A stretch of DNA of 64,000 nt, from positions 3,392,001 through 3,456,000 of the forward strand of contig OZ255836.1 in NCBI GenBank assembly GCA_965277715.1, in the 5' to 3' direction. Origin of the DNA: Gammaproteobacteria bacterium. Its GTDB lineage: Bacteria > Pseudomonadota > Gammaproteobacteria > JBCCGL01. A program made the translations under genes and the position numbers. Of the stretch, positions 9,330 to 18,792 are shown piece by piece. The notes under the pieces are model-generated. The model saw nothing but the letters and a program-made list of their open reading frames with translations. It made no database searches and was not told the DNA's origin. How positions within the stretch are numbered: position 1 is the stretch's first letter; the number at the start of each line of letters is the position of its first letter.

Positions 9330-10153
9330 GTAAATCGCACGATCTGGGGCTGCACGAAGAACAACTCGCCGGGCGTACCCAGCAGCGTTTTTTCTCGGCC
9401 TCAGAAGAGGAAAACTTCACCTATCCGTGGTCGTATGAAGTCGACTATGCCAAACAGGCGGCATTTGACGCGGCGGATATGAAAATTGACGACATCAACC
9501 TGAAAATCCGCGACCTGATGAAAGCGGGCCACGGCACCATTACCGTGCAGAACCCGCGTGCCAAACACTCCCTGGGGGTCGGCATTCTCAACCGCCTCGA
9601 CCTGCGCTTTGAAGGCAGCCTGGGCTATTTTGGCTGTGGCCTTGTCGATGGCCCGAACATCAGCATCTCTGGCCGGGTCGGTTGGTCTTGTGCAGAAAAC
9701 ATGATGGCTGGCACCGTCGTCATCGAAAAAAATGCCGGTTCTCTATTTGGCGCGGCGATTCGCGGCGGTGATCTGGTGTGTAAAGGCCAGGCGGGTGCGC
9801 GTGTCGGCATCGACCAGAAGGGCGGTACGATTATCGTCGGGGGCAGTGTCGGCGCCTTCACCGGCTTTATGATGCAGCGCGGGCGCATGATCATCCTCGG
9901 CGACGCGGGTGACAACCTCGGTGACTCGATGTACGACGGCACCATCTACGTGGCAGGTAAAATCGCCAGTTTGGGCGTTGACTGTGTCGAGGCCGAATTG
10001 ACCGACCTCGACAAAAAATACATCGCGGCGAAGCTTGAGCAATACGGTATGCAGGCACCCAACGGTATCGACAATATCGTCAAGCACGTTTCCGGCAAAC
10101 AGCTGTGGAACTACGACAACCTCGAACCCAATGAAAAGAAACTGGTGCTTTAG
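9317..10153 (+). CDS. mgsB: N-methylglutamate synthase subunit B (GXGXG domain)
   Basis: GXGXG beta-helix repeats (GARVGIDQKGG, GDSMYDG). GGAGG RBS before ATG 9317. Confidence 0.85.
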   Translation: MGSVSKSHDLGLHEEQLAGRTQQRFFSASEEENFTYPWSYEVDYAKQAAFDAADMKIDDINLKIRDLMKAGHGTITVQNPRAKHSLGVGILNRLDLRFEGSLGYFGCGLVDGPNISISGRVGWSCAENMMAGTVVIEKNAGSLFGAAIRGGDLVCKGQAGARVGIDQKGGTIIVGGSVGAFTGFMMQRGRMIILGDAGDNLGDSMYDGTIYVAGKIASLGVDCVEAELTDLDKKYIAAKLEQYGMQAPNGIDNIVKHVSGKQLWNYDNLEPNEKKLVL

Positions 10154-10168
10154 TTTCCGGAGAATGAC

Positions 10169-11515
10169 ATGTCTGTAAATACACCAAAACGCGATACCAA
10201 CCGGCTTGGCAACAGCTTTATCTTCCCGCCGGAGGTAATGGACGATATCCACGTTAAGGCCGAGCTGGGCCGCTACCGTATGCGTGGTTTTTCACTGTTC
10301 AAAAAAATCCCCACCTGGGACGACCTGACCTTTATGCCAGGCACCCTGACCCGCTTCGTGATTGAGGGTTACCGGGAAAAGTGCCTAACCAAAACGGTCA
10401 TTGGCCCCAATGCCAAACAACCGCTCGAACTGGATATCCCCGTCTACATCACCGGCATGAGCTTCGGTGCGCTGAGCTATGAAGCGAAAACCGCGCTGGC
10501 GCGTGGTGCGACAATGGCCGGTACCGCCACCTGCTCGGGTGAGGGCGGGATGATCCCCGATGAGCGTCGCTACTCATCGAAATGGTTCTACCAGTGTATC
10601 CAGTCCCGCTATGGCTTTAATCCCAACCACCTGCGTTTGGCTGATGCGGTTGAATTCTTTATCGGCCAGGGGTGTAAAGTCGGCCTCGGTGGCCACCTGA
10701 TGGGTCAAAAAGTCACCGACCAGGTAGCCGAAATGCGCTCTCTGCCTGCGGGTATCGACCAACGCTCACCGGCACGCCACCCAGACTGGATGGGGCCAGA
10801 TGACCTGGCACTGAAAATCCAGGAAATCCGCCAGGCGACCGATGGGCAAATCCCGATTCAGCTAAAGCTGGGTGCGGCGCGTGTCTACGATGACGTGCGT
10901 ATGGCCGCCAAAACCGGCCCCGATTCCATCTATATCGATGGCATGGAAGGCGGCACCGGTGCTGGCCCTCACCTGGCGACAGAAGATACCGGCGTACCCG
11001 GCATTGCGGCGATTCGCCAGGCGCGTCAGGCGCTGGACGATGTCGGCATGTCCGGTGAAATCACGCTGATCTATGCGGGCGGCATCCGCAACGGTGCCGA
11101 CGTGGCCAAGGCCATTGCCCTGGGCGCAGACGCGGTGGCCATTGGTCACTCGGCACTGATCGCGCTAAACTGCAACAAAGCCATCCCCGAAGCGGATTTT
11201 GAAAAAGAAATGGGTGTTGAAGCGGGCTATTGCTACCACTGCCACACAGGCCGTTGCCCGGTTGGCGTTGCCACCCAGGATGTCGAATTGCGCAAGCGCC
11301 TCGACCCGGATGCCGCCGCTGAGCGGGTGTACAACTTCCTGCACACGCTGACCATGGAGGCGCAACTATTTGCTCGCGCCTGTGGTAAAACCAACATCCA
11401 CTCGCTGGAACCTGAAGACCTGGCCGCACTGACCATGGAAGCCTCGGCTTGCGCGCAAGTGCCCATGGCGGGTTCTCAACACACCGTCGGTCGCCCCGAC
11501 ATGACACGTTTCTGA
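10169..11515 (+). CDS. mgsC: N-methylglutamate synthase subunit C (FMN-binding glutamate synthase domain)
   Basis: GMSFGALS, SGEGG, GQGCKVGLGG, CYHCHTGRCPVGVATQD. Confidence 0.88.
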   Translation: MSVNTPKRDTNRLGNSFIFPPEVMDDIHVKAELGRYRMRGFSLFKKIPTWDDLTFMPGTLTRFVIEGYREKCLTKTVIGPNAKQPLELDIPVYITGMSFGALSYEAKTALARGATMAGTATCSGEGGMIPDERRYSSKWFYQCIQSRYGFNPNHLRLADAVEFFIGQGCKVGLGGHLMGQKVTDQVAEMRSLPAGIDQRSPARHPDWMGPDDLALKIQEIRQATDGQIPIQLKLGAARVYDDVRMAAKTGPDSIYIDGMEGGTGAGPHLATEDTGVPGIAAIRQARQALDDVGMSGEITLIYAGGIRNGADVAKAIALGADAVAIGHSALIALNCNKAIPEADFEKEMGVEAGYCYHCHTGRCPVGVATQDVELRKRLDPDAAAERVYNFLHTLTMEAQLFARACGKTNIHSLEPEDLAALTMEASACAQVPMAGSQHTVGRPDMTRF

Positions 11516-11527
11516 GGAGGCATTGAA

Positions 11528-11917
11528 ATGAGCGAACAAAACATCGATCACTTCATCAAAACCGAAGGTCTGGACAGCACCCGCGAACAGGAAATCGGCC
11601 AGCACATTGGCTACCGTTACGACGTTAATCTAGTGCCGGATATGGATCGCTGCCCACCCTTTCTGAAAAAATACATGGAGATTATGGGTTGGCGTGATTT
11701 GAACTGGCTGGAAGATGTACACATGGGGTACGAAGAAGGTAACGCCGCCGTTTTCGACCGCAACATCAACGGCTGGGTCACCATCCCCGACGACATCGAA
11801 CTGCCGGACAACCAACAGGATCGCGATATGATTGCGCGTGAACTGCTGATTAAGTTTCAAATGTCCAGCAACCACCCGATGGTCGATTTGCGCAAAGCTT
11901 ACGAAAAGTTTGCCTGA
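11528..11917 (+). CDS. Hypothetical acidic protein in the mgs operon
   Basis: GAGGAGG RBS, 12 nt after the mgsC stop, similar codon style. Confidence 0.8.
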   Translation: MSEQNIDHFIKTEGLDSTREQEIGQHIGYRYDVNLVPDMDRCPPFLKKYMEIMGWRDLNWLEDVHMGYEEGNAAVFDRNINGWVTIPDDIELPDNQQDRDMIARELLIKFQMSSNHPMVDLRKAYEKFA

Positions 11918-11952
11918 CCAGTTGATCGGCATATCAAAACAATAAAGCCCTG

Positions 11953-11973
11953 GGCCGGATAAACTATCCGGCC
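11953..11973 (+). terminator. Hairpin GGCCGGATA-AAC-TATCCGGCC
   Basis: Perfect 9-bp stem after the operon. Confidence 0.55.
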
Positions 11974-12009
11974 TATTCAATTTAAGCTGAACCTGACAAC
12001 GCCCTTCTC

Positions 12010-12537
12010 ATGGCTGAAACACCCACCCCTATAGAGCAGTTTATGTACTGGCAGTGCCGTATCCGCCAGGAATCGGTACGCAAACTTGATGGCCGCCCAA
12101 CGGCGGGTATGCGCCCAACCGTATTGCGGGTTGATACCCGTGAATCGCTCGGTACGATTAATGTATTGATTACCAAACGTGAACCCGCCGACTACACCAG
12201 CCAATTTCGCCATACGGTTAAAAAGACACAAGACCCAACTGAACGTATAAAAAGCGGTTTGCAGTTATTGGCAGAAGCTTACTACCAGCAACCTAAAGGG
12301 TTTTCCACCGAGCTGGTGGCGCTGTTTGCATTGGACTCTGAACTGGCGGGTAATTTACTGAGCACCGGTGAATGTAACCTGGCCTTTGCACAAGACACCC
12401 AAAAACACCGCCTGCACTGCACCGTGCGTGAAGTGCCTGAGGATGACCCGGCCCACCAGGCCATCTACTGGCACAACCATTTATTTAATCCGCGTATGCC
12501 GGGACGTGTGCAGGTGTTGGGGTTTACGCCGCAATAG
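12010..12537 (+). CDS. Hypothetical protein, possibly FMN-binding split-barrel (PNPOx-like)
   Basis: 175-aa ORF; the fold is guessed from the pattern only. Confidence 0.5.
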   Translation: MAETPTPIEQFMYWQCRIRQESVRKLDGRPTAGMRPTVLRVDTRESLGTINVLITKREPADYTSQFRHTVKKTQDPTERIKSGLQLLAEAYYQQPKGFSTELVALFALDSELAGNLLSTGECNLAFAQDTQKHRLHCTVREVPEDDPAHQAIYWHNHLFNPRMPGRVQVLGFTPQ

Positions 12538-12669
12538 AATGCATGTAAAGCGTGACCTCTGGTGAAAGTAGGTTCAGCACTTAGTCTGATTCAGCTAATG
12601 CTTTTCAAGCCGGTTAGCCTGAGCGATTTCGACATAAGTATCCAATCGGGTTTCCAGCTTAATAACTCA

Positions 12670-12687
12670 TTAAAGGGGTCAGTACCC
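12670..12687 (+). repeat. RAYT-associated motif TTAAAGGGGTCAGTACCC
   Basis: Exact 18-bp direct copy at 13331-13348. Confidence 0.85.
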
Positions 12688-13320
12688 AATGGCACTAAGT
12701 TAAGCCGCTTTAGCTTGCCAATATTCAGTTTTTAAAACGTTCCGTGGTCGAGTCATTAATGCCCGTGGTTTAGGTCGCCTTTTTACCACTCTTGGTTCAA
12801 ATCTAAAAGGTCGATGAAGCACACGATCATCCGCAATCGCTGCATATAAATAATCAAGATATTGCCGTCTTTTTTGTGCTGGACTCTGCCCACTACCAAG
12901 TGATGAAGTGCTTTGTCGGAGTGTTTGCAAAACACCTTTAAGACTTAGCCGATCAACCGGTGTGTCATGTCGGTTCGTACAATGCTGACGTGTATTTGTC
13001 GTAAAGTTAAGGTCTTTGGAAGTTCGTTATGCTGCTCTTTTGTGTAACGGGTCGCTTTTGTGTGTTTAGGTTTTTGCCATTCGATATGAAGGTCATTATC
13101 GGCTATCTTCTTTTTGGCCTGGGAGGCAGTGCTGGGCGTTCTCCGCGCCAATGTAACGACACTGTCCTGTCAACCGTTCGTCGAGAGAGGCAGTCAATAT
13201 CGTAGAAGCTGCAAAAACCTTTATCACCTAAGAAAATGTCACTTTCATTGAAGGTATCCCATTGTTCTTCTAAAAGTCTTAGCTCATAACTTTTTTTATT
13301 TCCCAGTGCATAGCTCAGAA
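12687..13320 (-). mobile_element. IS4-family remnant, heavily deleted and frameshifted
   Basis: Terminal CAATGGCACTAAG; fragments RFEPRVVKRRPK, LPKTLTLRQI and LGDKGFCSF lie in different frames. Confidence 0.7.
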
Positions 13321-13330
13321 TTAAACTACC

Positions 13331-13353
13331 TTAAAGGGGTCAGTACCCTTTAT
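13331..13353 (+). repeat. RAYT-flanking imperfect palindrome AAAGGGGTCAGTACCCTTT
   Basis: Overlaps the RAYT stop codon; inverted partner at 14102-14120. Confidence 0.8.
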
Positions 13354-14048
13354 TTATTATCTTGTTTAATATAGGGCCTCCCTCTCTTCGAATGCCCCAC
13401 TTTCAGACTTAAAAGGCTCTCTATCTCATGCTTAAACCGATCACTGCCCAGGGGAACACCTGTTTGAGTACATTGACGAATTTTCTCAACTAGGCTCTCA
13501 TCCATCACTTCCGTAAAGAGAGACCTGTAAGCCAGCTGCCTCTCTGCTTTTTTATTGTCTAACGCCAAGTAGAGAGGGTGAGGAGTGACCAGTGGATCAT
13601 CATGCCCGAGTCCATTGGCATGATAACTTGACCATCGGTAATCCTGGCAGCGCTCGACCATTAGTGCTCTAACCGGGTTCGTTTCTATATATCGACAGCA
13701 AGCCAATAAATACGGCTCTGTATCAACACTACTGGCCTTAAAACGCCCTTCCCACAAAGTGCCACTCCTCCCATATTTATGATTAAAGTAGGGGACATAA
13801 CGCCGCCCCACTGTCTGAGATAGTTTCGATAAGTGGCTGGTATCACTCGCACTCACCAACAAGTGCAAATGATTCGACATTAAGACATAGCTATGAATTC
13901 GGCACGCTAGCTGTTCTGCCGCCTCCTGTAGCCAGCGCTTATAGATAAAGAAATCCTCATCTTCAGCAAAGACGACCTGGCGACTGTTCCCTCTAAGGAT
14001 CATATGGATTGGTACATCGGGGATAAAAAAGCGCGGTTTTCTTGGCAT
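13350..14048 (-). CDS. REP/TIR-associated HUH (Y1) tyrosine transposase, RAYT/TIRYT type
   Basis: MPRKPR start, RGNSRQ, MSNHLHLL (HUH), LWEGRF, YIETNPVRA, WSSY. Confidence 0.9.
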   Translation of the reverse strand: MPRKPRFFIPDVPIHMILRGNSRQVVFAEDEDFFIYKRWLQEAAEQLACRIHSYVLMSNHLHLLVSASDTSHLSKLSQTVGRRYVPYFNHKYGRSGTLWEGRFKASSVDTEPYLLACCRYIETNPVRALMVERCQDYRWSSYHANGLGHDDPLVTPHPLYLALDNKKAERQLAYRSLFTEVMDESLVEKIRQCTQTGVPLGSDRFKHEIESLLSLKVGHSKRGRPYIKQDNK

Positions 14049-14101
14049 TGTGTTGAGGCTTCAAGAGCGAATGAAAACAGAATTTTATACAAAAATCCTA
14101 T

Positions 14102-14120
14102 AAAAGGGTACGACCCCTTT
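14102..14120 (-). repeat. RAYT-flanking palindrome AAAAGGGTACGACCCCTTT
   Basis: Reverse complement of the 13331 motif with a 1-nt indel. Confidence 0.75.
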
Positions 14121-14219
14121 ATTTTTCAAAAAACAGAAATAGGTCATTTACAATGAAAGTACTTCCATATTTTTCATGTACTTAGAGCTTAAGGAAGTGC
14201 CATTCACCTGAGACCCCTT

Positions 14220-14927
14220 TTACTCTTTAGCTCCTTGCATCGCCCATTCGACAATTTTGTTCCGTACCCCCGCCTTAATCTTATCAACCTCCGGGATATA
14301 ACGGCCGGTAAACGAAAGATCAGCATCCCCATACTCGAAGGAAACGTTTGTACTGCAACGCACATTGGACATATCCTCTGCTTTAGGTTCATGAAACCCA
14401 ACACTGCATCCTGCTACCCATTTTGGTTGTAACGTCGCCGTATCAGAGGGAGGTGCCTCAAAATACTCCCAGAATCTAGACCCCTGCCGCCAATATATCC
14501 TGTAAAGCCCCACCTTATCGTCGTATTCGATGAAACGCGCACGACGATAATTCCCCAGTCCCATCCAGGCATCATACGCGCCTGGGTTCAAGTTATATTC
14601 GTTCGCATCGGTGAAAGCCTTCGGTCCATACAACAGCATATGGACTTCCATGGCCTTTCCAGTTGGTATGGTGTGCGGCAACGGGGTGATCCCCATATCC
14701 AGCAAAGAAATGTCCAGATTAATGCCCGTGTCTTCATCCATCTCTGGGCCGCGCGGGACCATCGCCGATGGCAGATCCGGTAACATGTACCGGGTTGGAA
14801 TCTGATAACGCTGCCCACTGATGATGACCGTCTTGTTCACTGCTACCGCCTCCCCTTCATTGCTGCAACCTGCCACGGCAACAAGAAGGCCCATGGCCGT
14901 GAAAACACGCTTCATTACTTTTTTCAT
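14220..14927 (-). CDS. Lipoprotein, probable cognate immunity protein of the upstream Rhs-CT
   Basis: Lipobox VAGC, GAGG RBS, 14 nt downstream of the toxin stop. Confidence 0.7.
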   Translation of the reverse strand: MKKVMKRVFTAMGLLVAVAGCSNEGEAVAVNKTVIISGQRYQIPTRYMLPDLPSAMVPRGPEMDEDTGINLDISLLDMGITPLPHTIPTGKAMEVHMLLYGPKAFTDANEYNLNPGAYDAWMGLGNYRRARFIEYDDKVGLYRIYWRQGSRFWEYFEAPPSDTATLQPKWVAGCSVGFHEPKAEDMSNVRCSTNVSFEYGDADLSFTGRYIPEVDKIKAGVRNKIVEWAMQGAKE

Positions 14928-14941
14928 TTGATACCTCTTGC

Positions 14942-16412
14942 TTACGGCCTGGTGTCACAGCCACCACACCACGCCCCACTGTAGGCGTTGGGCGCATTAC
15001 CAAATCGGGTACCGCCGAAGTAAGACTTTGGGATCCCATAATCATGAAATACATCGTGATGGTAGTCGGAAATCTGTTTCGGACTCAGTAAGTGGTTGAC
15101 GCTTGTTCTATCTTTCGTAACAAAGTTAATGTGGGCCTCCACAAGCTTGAGACCTATTTGCTCCATCGTCACCGTTAAGCCATTATCACTGATATAGGAC
15201 TCCAATCGGCTCCAGGTATAGCTTGCCGAAGCTCGCTCCCACCAACTGGCATCGACAAAGTCGCCATATCCCCAACCTATCAGTGCAGTACGCGCGACCG
15301 GATCACTGCTGTCAGAATACCGGGACTTCCAAAAACCAATAATGTCGCCGTCTTCAGCCAGCGTTTTTTGTGCGTCCGTTATAGGTGAACCTCCCTTCCC
15401 AGCACCCGACTCCGCATTATGCCAATGAGTAAACGCTGCACTAGCCGCCCCATTTGCAAACTTCCCCCCCACCAAGCTTAGATGCCGTCCCCCCAATCAC
15501 CGCAGCAGTAACCGTCCGATGAATTTTATAATTAGCGGACTTCCCCCAAATATCAAAATTCAACGACTTTGCCCCTGCAGCAAAGGCCGACGAAACAAAC
15601 CCATAACCAAACTTTCCGCCTTGCGCAACCGCCAAAGTACCACCAACCACACCATTAGCAGCCGCGTTCAAGGCATGCTGACCTGCACCAGCATTAATGT
15701 CAAAGGTTGAACCAACCCAACTACTGGCTCGTTGCCCAAGATAATACGTTACCCCCGCTACAGCGGCACCTCTAGCGGCTTCCGAGGGCGAAGCCCCATA
15801 CGCTCTGGCTATGTCGTATTGCGCCGCCGCATAACACAGCGCCGCAAAAGGGCCACAAAATGCTGAGCCAATGGTCGCCGCGAGATTGGCAATTTTTGGA
15901 CCTACAGCCCGAATAACGGCTCTTGTAGCTTTCTTCACAAGTCGCTGCAAAGCCGCCGCCGGCCCTAATACAAGACCCGCAAGTCCCCCGATTGCTTTTT
16001 TAAGCAATCCCTTTAAAAAATACCCACTAGGATCCGTATACTTCATCGGATTATTCTGCACATAGCTATAGCGACTATAGCTCTGGCTCATGCCCGTCAA
16101 TCGATTCGTGGTCGGTATAAGCTCGGGTGGTAAACAGTAAACGCATGCTGTACAGCGACCCCGCACCTTGCCAGTCAAAATGGCGTTGTTTGCCCCAGGC
16201 ATCGTAACTGCGCCGATCAACCACTTGACCGTCAGCATCCGTCATCGTGTCGATACTGCCGAGCGCGTCTTTGTGCAGATAGTGGGTTTTAACACCTTCC
16301 TTGCTGGAAACACTGTGGCTGGCGACCCGATTGCCCGCAGCGTAGATGTAGTGTTGATGCCGGGTGTGTTGACCGTTGTCAGTGACCTGTTTCTCGTACA
16401 ATCCCCCTACGT
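14942..16412 (-). pseudogene. Orphan Rhs C-terminal module (core end, Gly/Ala-rich pre-toxin region, toxin domain); 5'-truncated and frameshifted
   Basis: YLHKDALGS...YDAWGK...TTRAYTDHE, then YSYVQNNPMKYTDPSG, then GGKF repeats. The NGRxYDP segment is missing, and there is a +1 shift at the G7 run (15464-15470). Confidence 0.85.
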
Positions 16413-17574
16413 ACCAGGAAGCGTATGCGACGTCCAGTTATTGGTCGCAGGTTTTCACACGCTACGGCCATACCGTCAAACTCATTAATCCAGCATACGT
16501 ACGCCCTTACGTTAAAACAAACAAGAACGATGCAGCGGATGTAGAGGCCCTGTGTGAAGCAGCCTCACGTCCGAATATGCGATTTGTTCAGCCCAAAACA
16601 CCCGACCAACAAGACAGCCAATTACTCCACCGGGTGCGCAGTCGGTTAGTGTCAAAACGGACGAGTTTAAGTAATCAAATAAGAGGGTTACTGGGTGAGT
16701 ATGGGCTGATTATTCCGGTAGGTATTCGCCACGTCCGCCAGCACTTGCCTGCGCTTTTAGAGGATGCTGAAAATGCCTTGTCAGCCACAGCACGTGAAGT
16801 GTTCAGTGCTTTGTATGATGAACTAGTGGAGATTGATAAACGCGTAACACACTACACAAAACGGTTAACCCAGTTGAGCAACCAGCATGAGCGCTGTCAG
16901 CAATTAAAAACACTGCCGGGTGTAGGGCCTCTGGTCGCCACTGCCTTGTTTACAGCAATGGGCGATCCGGGTTTCTATAAAAACGGGCGTGAGTTTTCCG
17001 CCTTTTTGGGTCTCGTTCCTCGTCAATATAGTTCGGGGGGCAAAACACAACTCAAAGGTATCAGTAAACGCGGGGACGAACACGTGCGCACTTTGTTGAT
17101 ACAGGGGGCGCAAGCGGCATTAAGTCGAATGCCTAAACACGATGATGGGCTAAGTCGTTGGGCCTGTCGTGTCAAAGCACGTCGGGGCCATTGTGTGGCG
17201 GCGGTGGCATTGGCCAATAAGCTCGCCAGAATTAGCTGGGCGGTAGCGGCTAATAATACAACTTACGTGCATAAAACAGTTTAATAACATCGTTGAAGAT
17301 TTCTTACCACGAGGTAGCGAAAGAGCAGTAAAGGGTATAACAGGTTAAACCGGCTCAGACAGAACCTGGAGGGGGTCATGGTCTTCACAGACCGATTGCT
17401 TGATGAGGTGTCTGAGCACGGTTCCCATTATGGCTCTGGACGGATAAACAAATACAATCCGTCCTATCGAGAAGCCGGATATATGACTGCTAACCTTATT
17501 TACTGTGTCTGCTCTGAACGCTAAAAATTGAATGAACGATTAAAAAATTGTTGAATTTAACTGCGGGTCCATAT
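16413..17574 (+). mobile_element. IS110-family (IS1111 group) element, 5'-truncated, with a complete-looking downstream non-coding end
   Basis: KNDAADVEA, LPGVGP, GLVPRQYSSGG and ALANKLAR motifs; ORF stop at 17284; ~290-nt non-coding region ending GGGTCCATAT. Confidence 0.85.
17285..17574 (+). ncRNA. Putative IS1111 seekRNA/bridge-RNA-encoding region
   Basis: Stem GCTCAGACA/TGTCTGAGC (17353-17361/17409-17417) encloses GGGGTCAT; GAAGCCGGATATATG segment matches the element end. Confidence 0.6.
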
Positions 17575-17707
17575 ATGACCCCTTAACTTTGGGCGCTATT
17601 TCCAATTTCTCGGGATATCCTTGTATATTTCTATATAATGCCTGTCCTATTTTCCTTCTTGATAAATAGTTTGGGAATTTATACGGCCAGAAAGTGGCAC
17701 ATTACAA

Positions 17708-18322
17708 TTATGGATGATCTCTATCTATTTTCTGTTGCCGCCCAATGGATAAAGATTTATTCATCTCATACCTAGACAGCAGCAGAATTTTAGCCCTTTC
17801 ATATTTATCACGGTTATACGTAGGAGAATTTAAGTGAGGGGCTCTTCCTATAGTTAATAACGCTATTACTTTTTCTACATTTAACTCTCTCAAATCCAAA
17901 CCATAATAATGACTAGATGCATTGGAAAGACCCCGACCTTCTTCATATGGCAAATAGTAACCATATAACGATAAAATTTTATCATCCGATAAGCTGACAA
18001 GCATAGCAAAGCGAACAAGCCAAAATTTTATGGGCCAACTACTAATTTTTTTCTGCTCGCTATTGTAATACCTCATCCCTACTACTTTAGCTACATAGGT
18101 CTTGACACTGTTAGGTAAAATACCTGCATCCTTATTTGATCTTTCTACCCATATAATTGTTTGCTTTATTTCATTCGTTAGCGCTTTCTCGGACTCAGAT
18201 AAATTCTGATACTCATTTTGAATAAATTCATTAATTCCACTTAGGTATACATAGCATATACAAAATATGAAAATTACGAAGCCTACTAAAACAAAAGAAG
18301 TTCTTCTGCACACTAAACTCAT
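17708..18322 (-). CDS. Membrane-anchored protein with a degenerate GT51 transglycosylase-like motif, putative immunity protein
   Basis: N-terminal TM; GLSNASSHYYGLDLRELN...RAPHLNSP resembles the GT51 GxxAAxxYF..L..P motif; AT-rich; 5 nt after the toxin stop. Confidence 0.55.
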   Translation of the reverse strand: MSLVCRRTSFVLVGFVIFIFCICYVYLSGINEFIQNEYQNLSESEKALTNEIKQTIIWVERSNKDAGILPNSVKTYVAKVVGMRYYNSEQKKISSWPIKFWLVRFAMLVSLSDDKILSLYGYYLPYEEGRGLSNASSHYYGLDLRELNVEKVIALLTIGRAPHLNSPTYNRDKYERAKILLLSRYEMNKSLSIGRQQKIDRDHP

Positions 18323-18327
18323 TTCAA

Positions 18328-18790
18328 TTACCTAAGTCGTTCATTCACAGCATCTAGTAGTCGACGTGGTGTTACTATACTGGTGAAAGAAATACTGGAT
18401 TGTTGGTTAATTCCATTGAATGCTGGAATAGTTTCTATTGCATTTGTAATAGTACATGCACAATACAGTGGACTACGCCATCCTAATCTATCAATTGTCG
18501 TCAATAAATCTGTCACGTCGGCTGGTGAAATATTCAAATCTCTAATAACAACTGTTGAACCTGTTCCATGATGATAAGTTATATAATCTTGAACACTTAC
18601 ATTATATAAAACGTCTCCAGATCCTCTTGTCCCTGTTTGGAAACTTCCACCTGGATCATATAAAAAGCTCTCTCCATTCTGCTGAATCAATAAAGCTGAA
18701 TGCATATCAGCCAAACCCTCATCTAAAACGCTTACTAGCTTTGCAGTACTCTTTTCCGCCTTCTGTGCAGCAAGCTCTTGTTCAACGGTG
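18328..18790 (-). pseudogene. Orphan toxin C-terminal fragment, permuted papain/NlpC-like (His...Cys), cut by IS3
   Basis: HSALLI...LYDPGGSF...LYCAC; the 5' end runs into the IS3 inverted repeat. Confidence 0.5.
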
Positions 18791-18792
18791 TT

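Noticed and set aside
12670-13348. 18-bp direct repeats as an IS4 target-site duplication
   Set aside because: Long for IS4, no second IR is visible, and the motif has an inverted partner at 14102; better explained as the RAYT motif.
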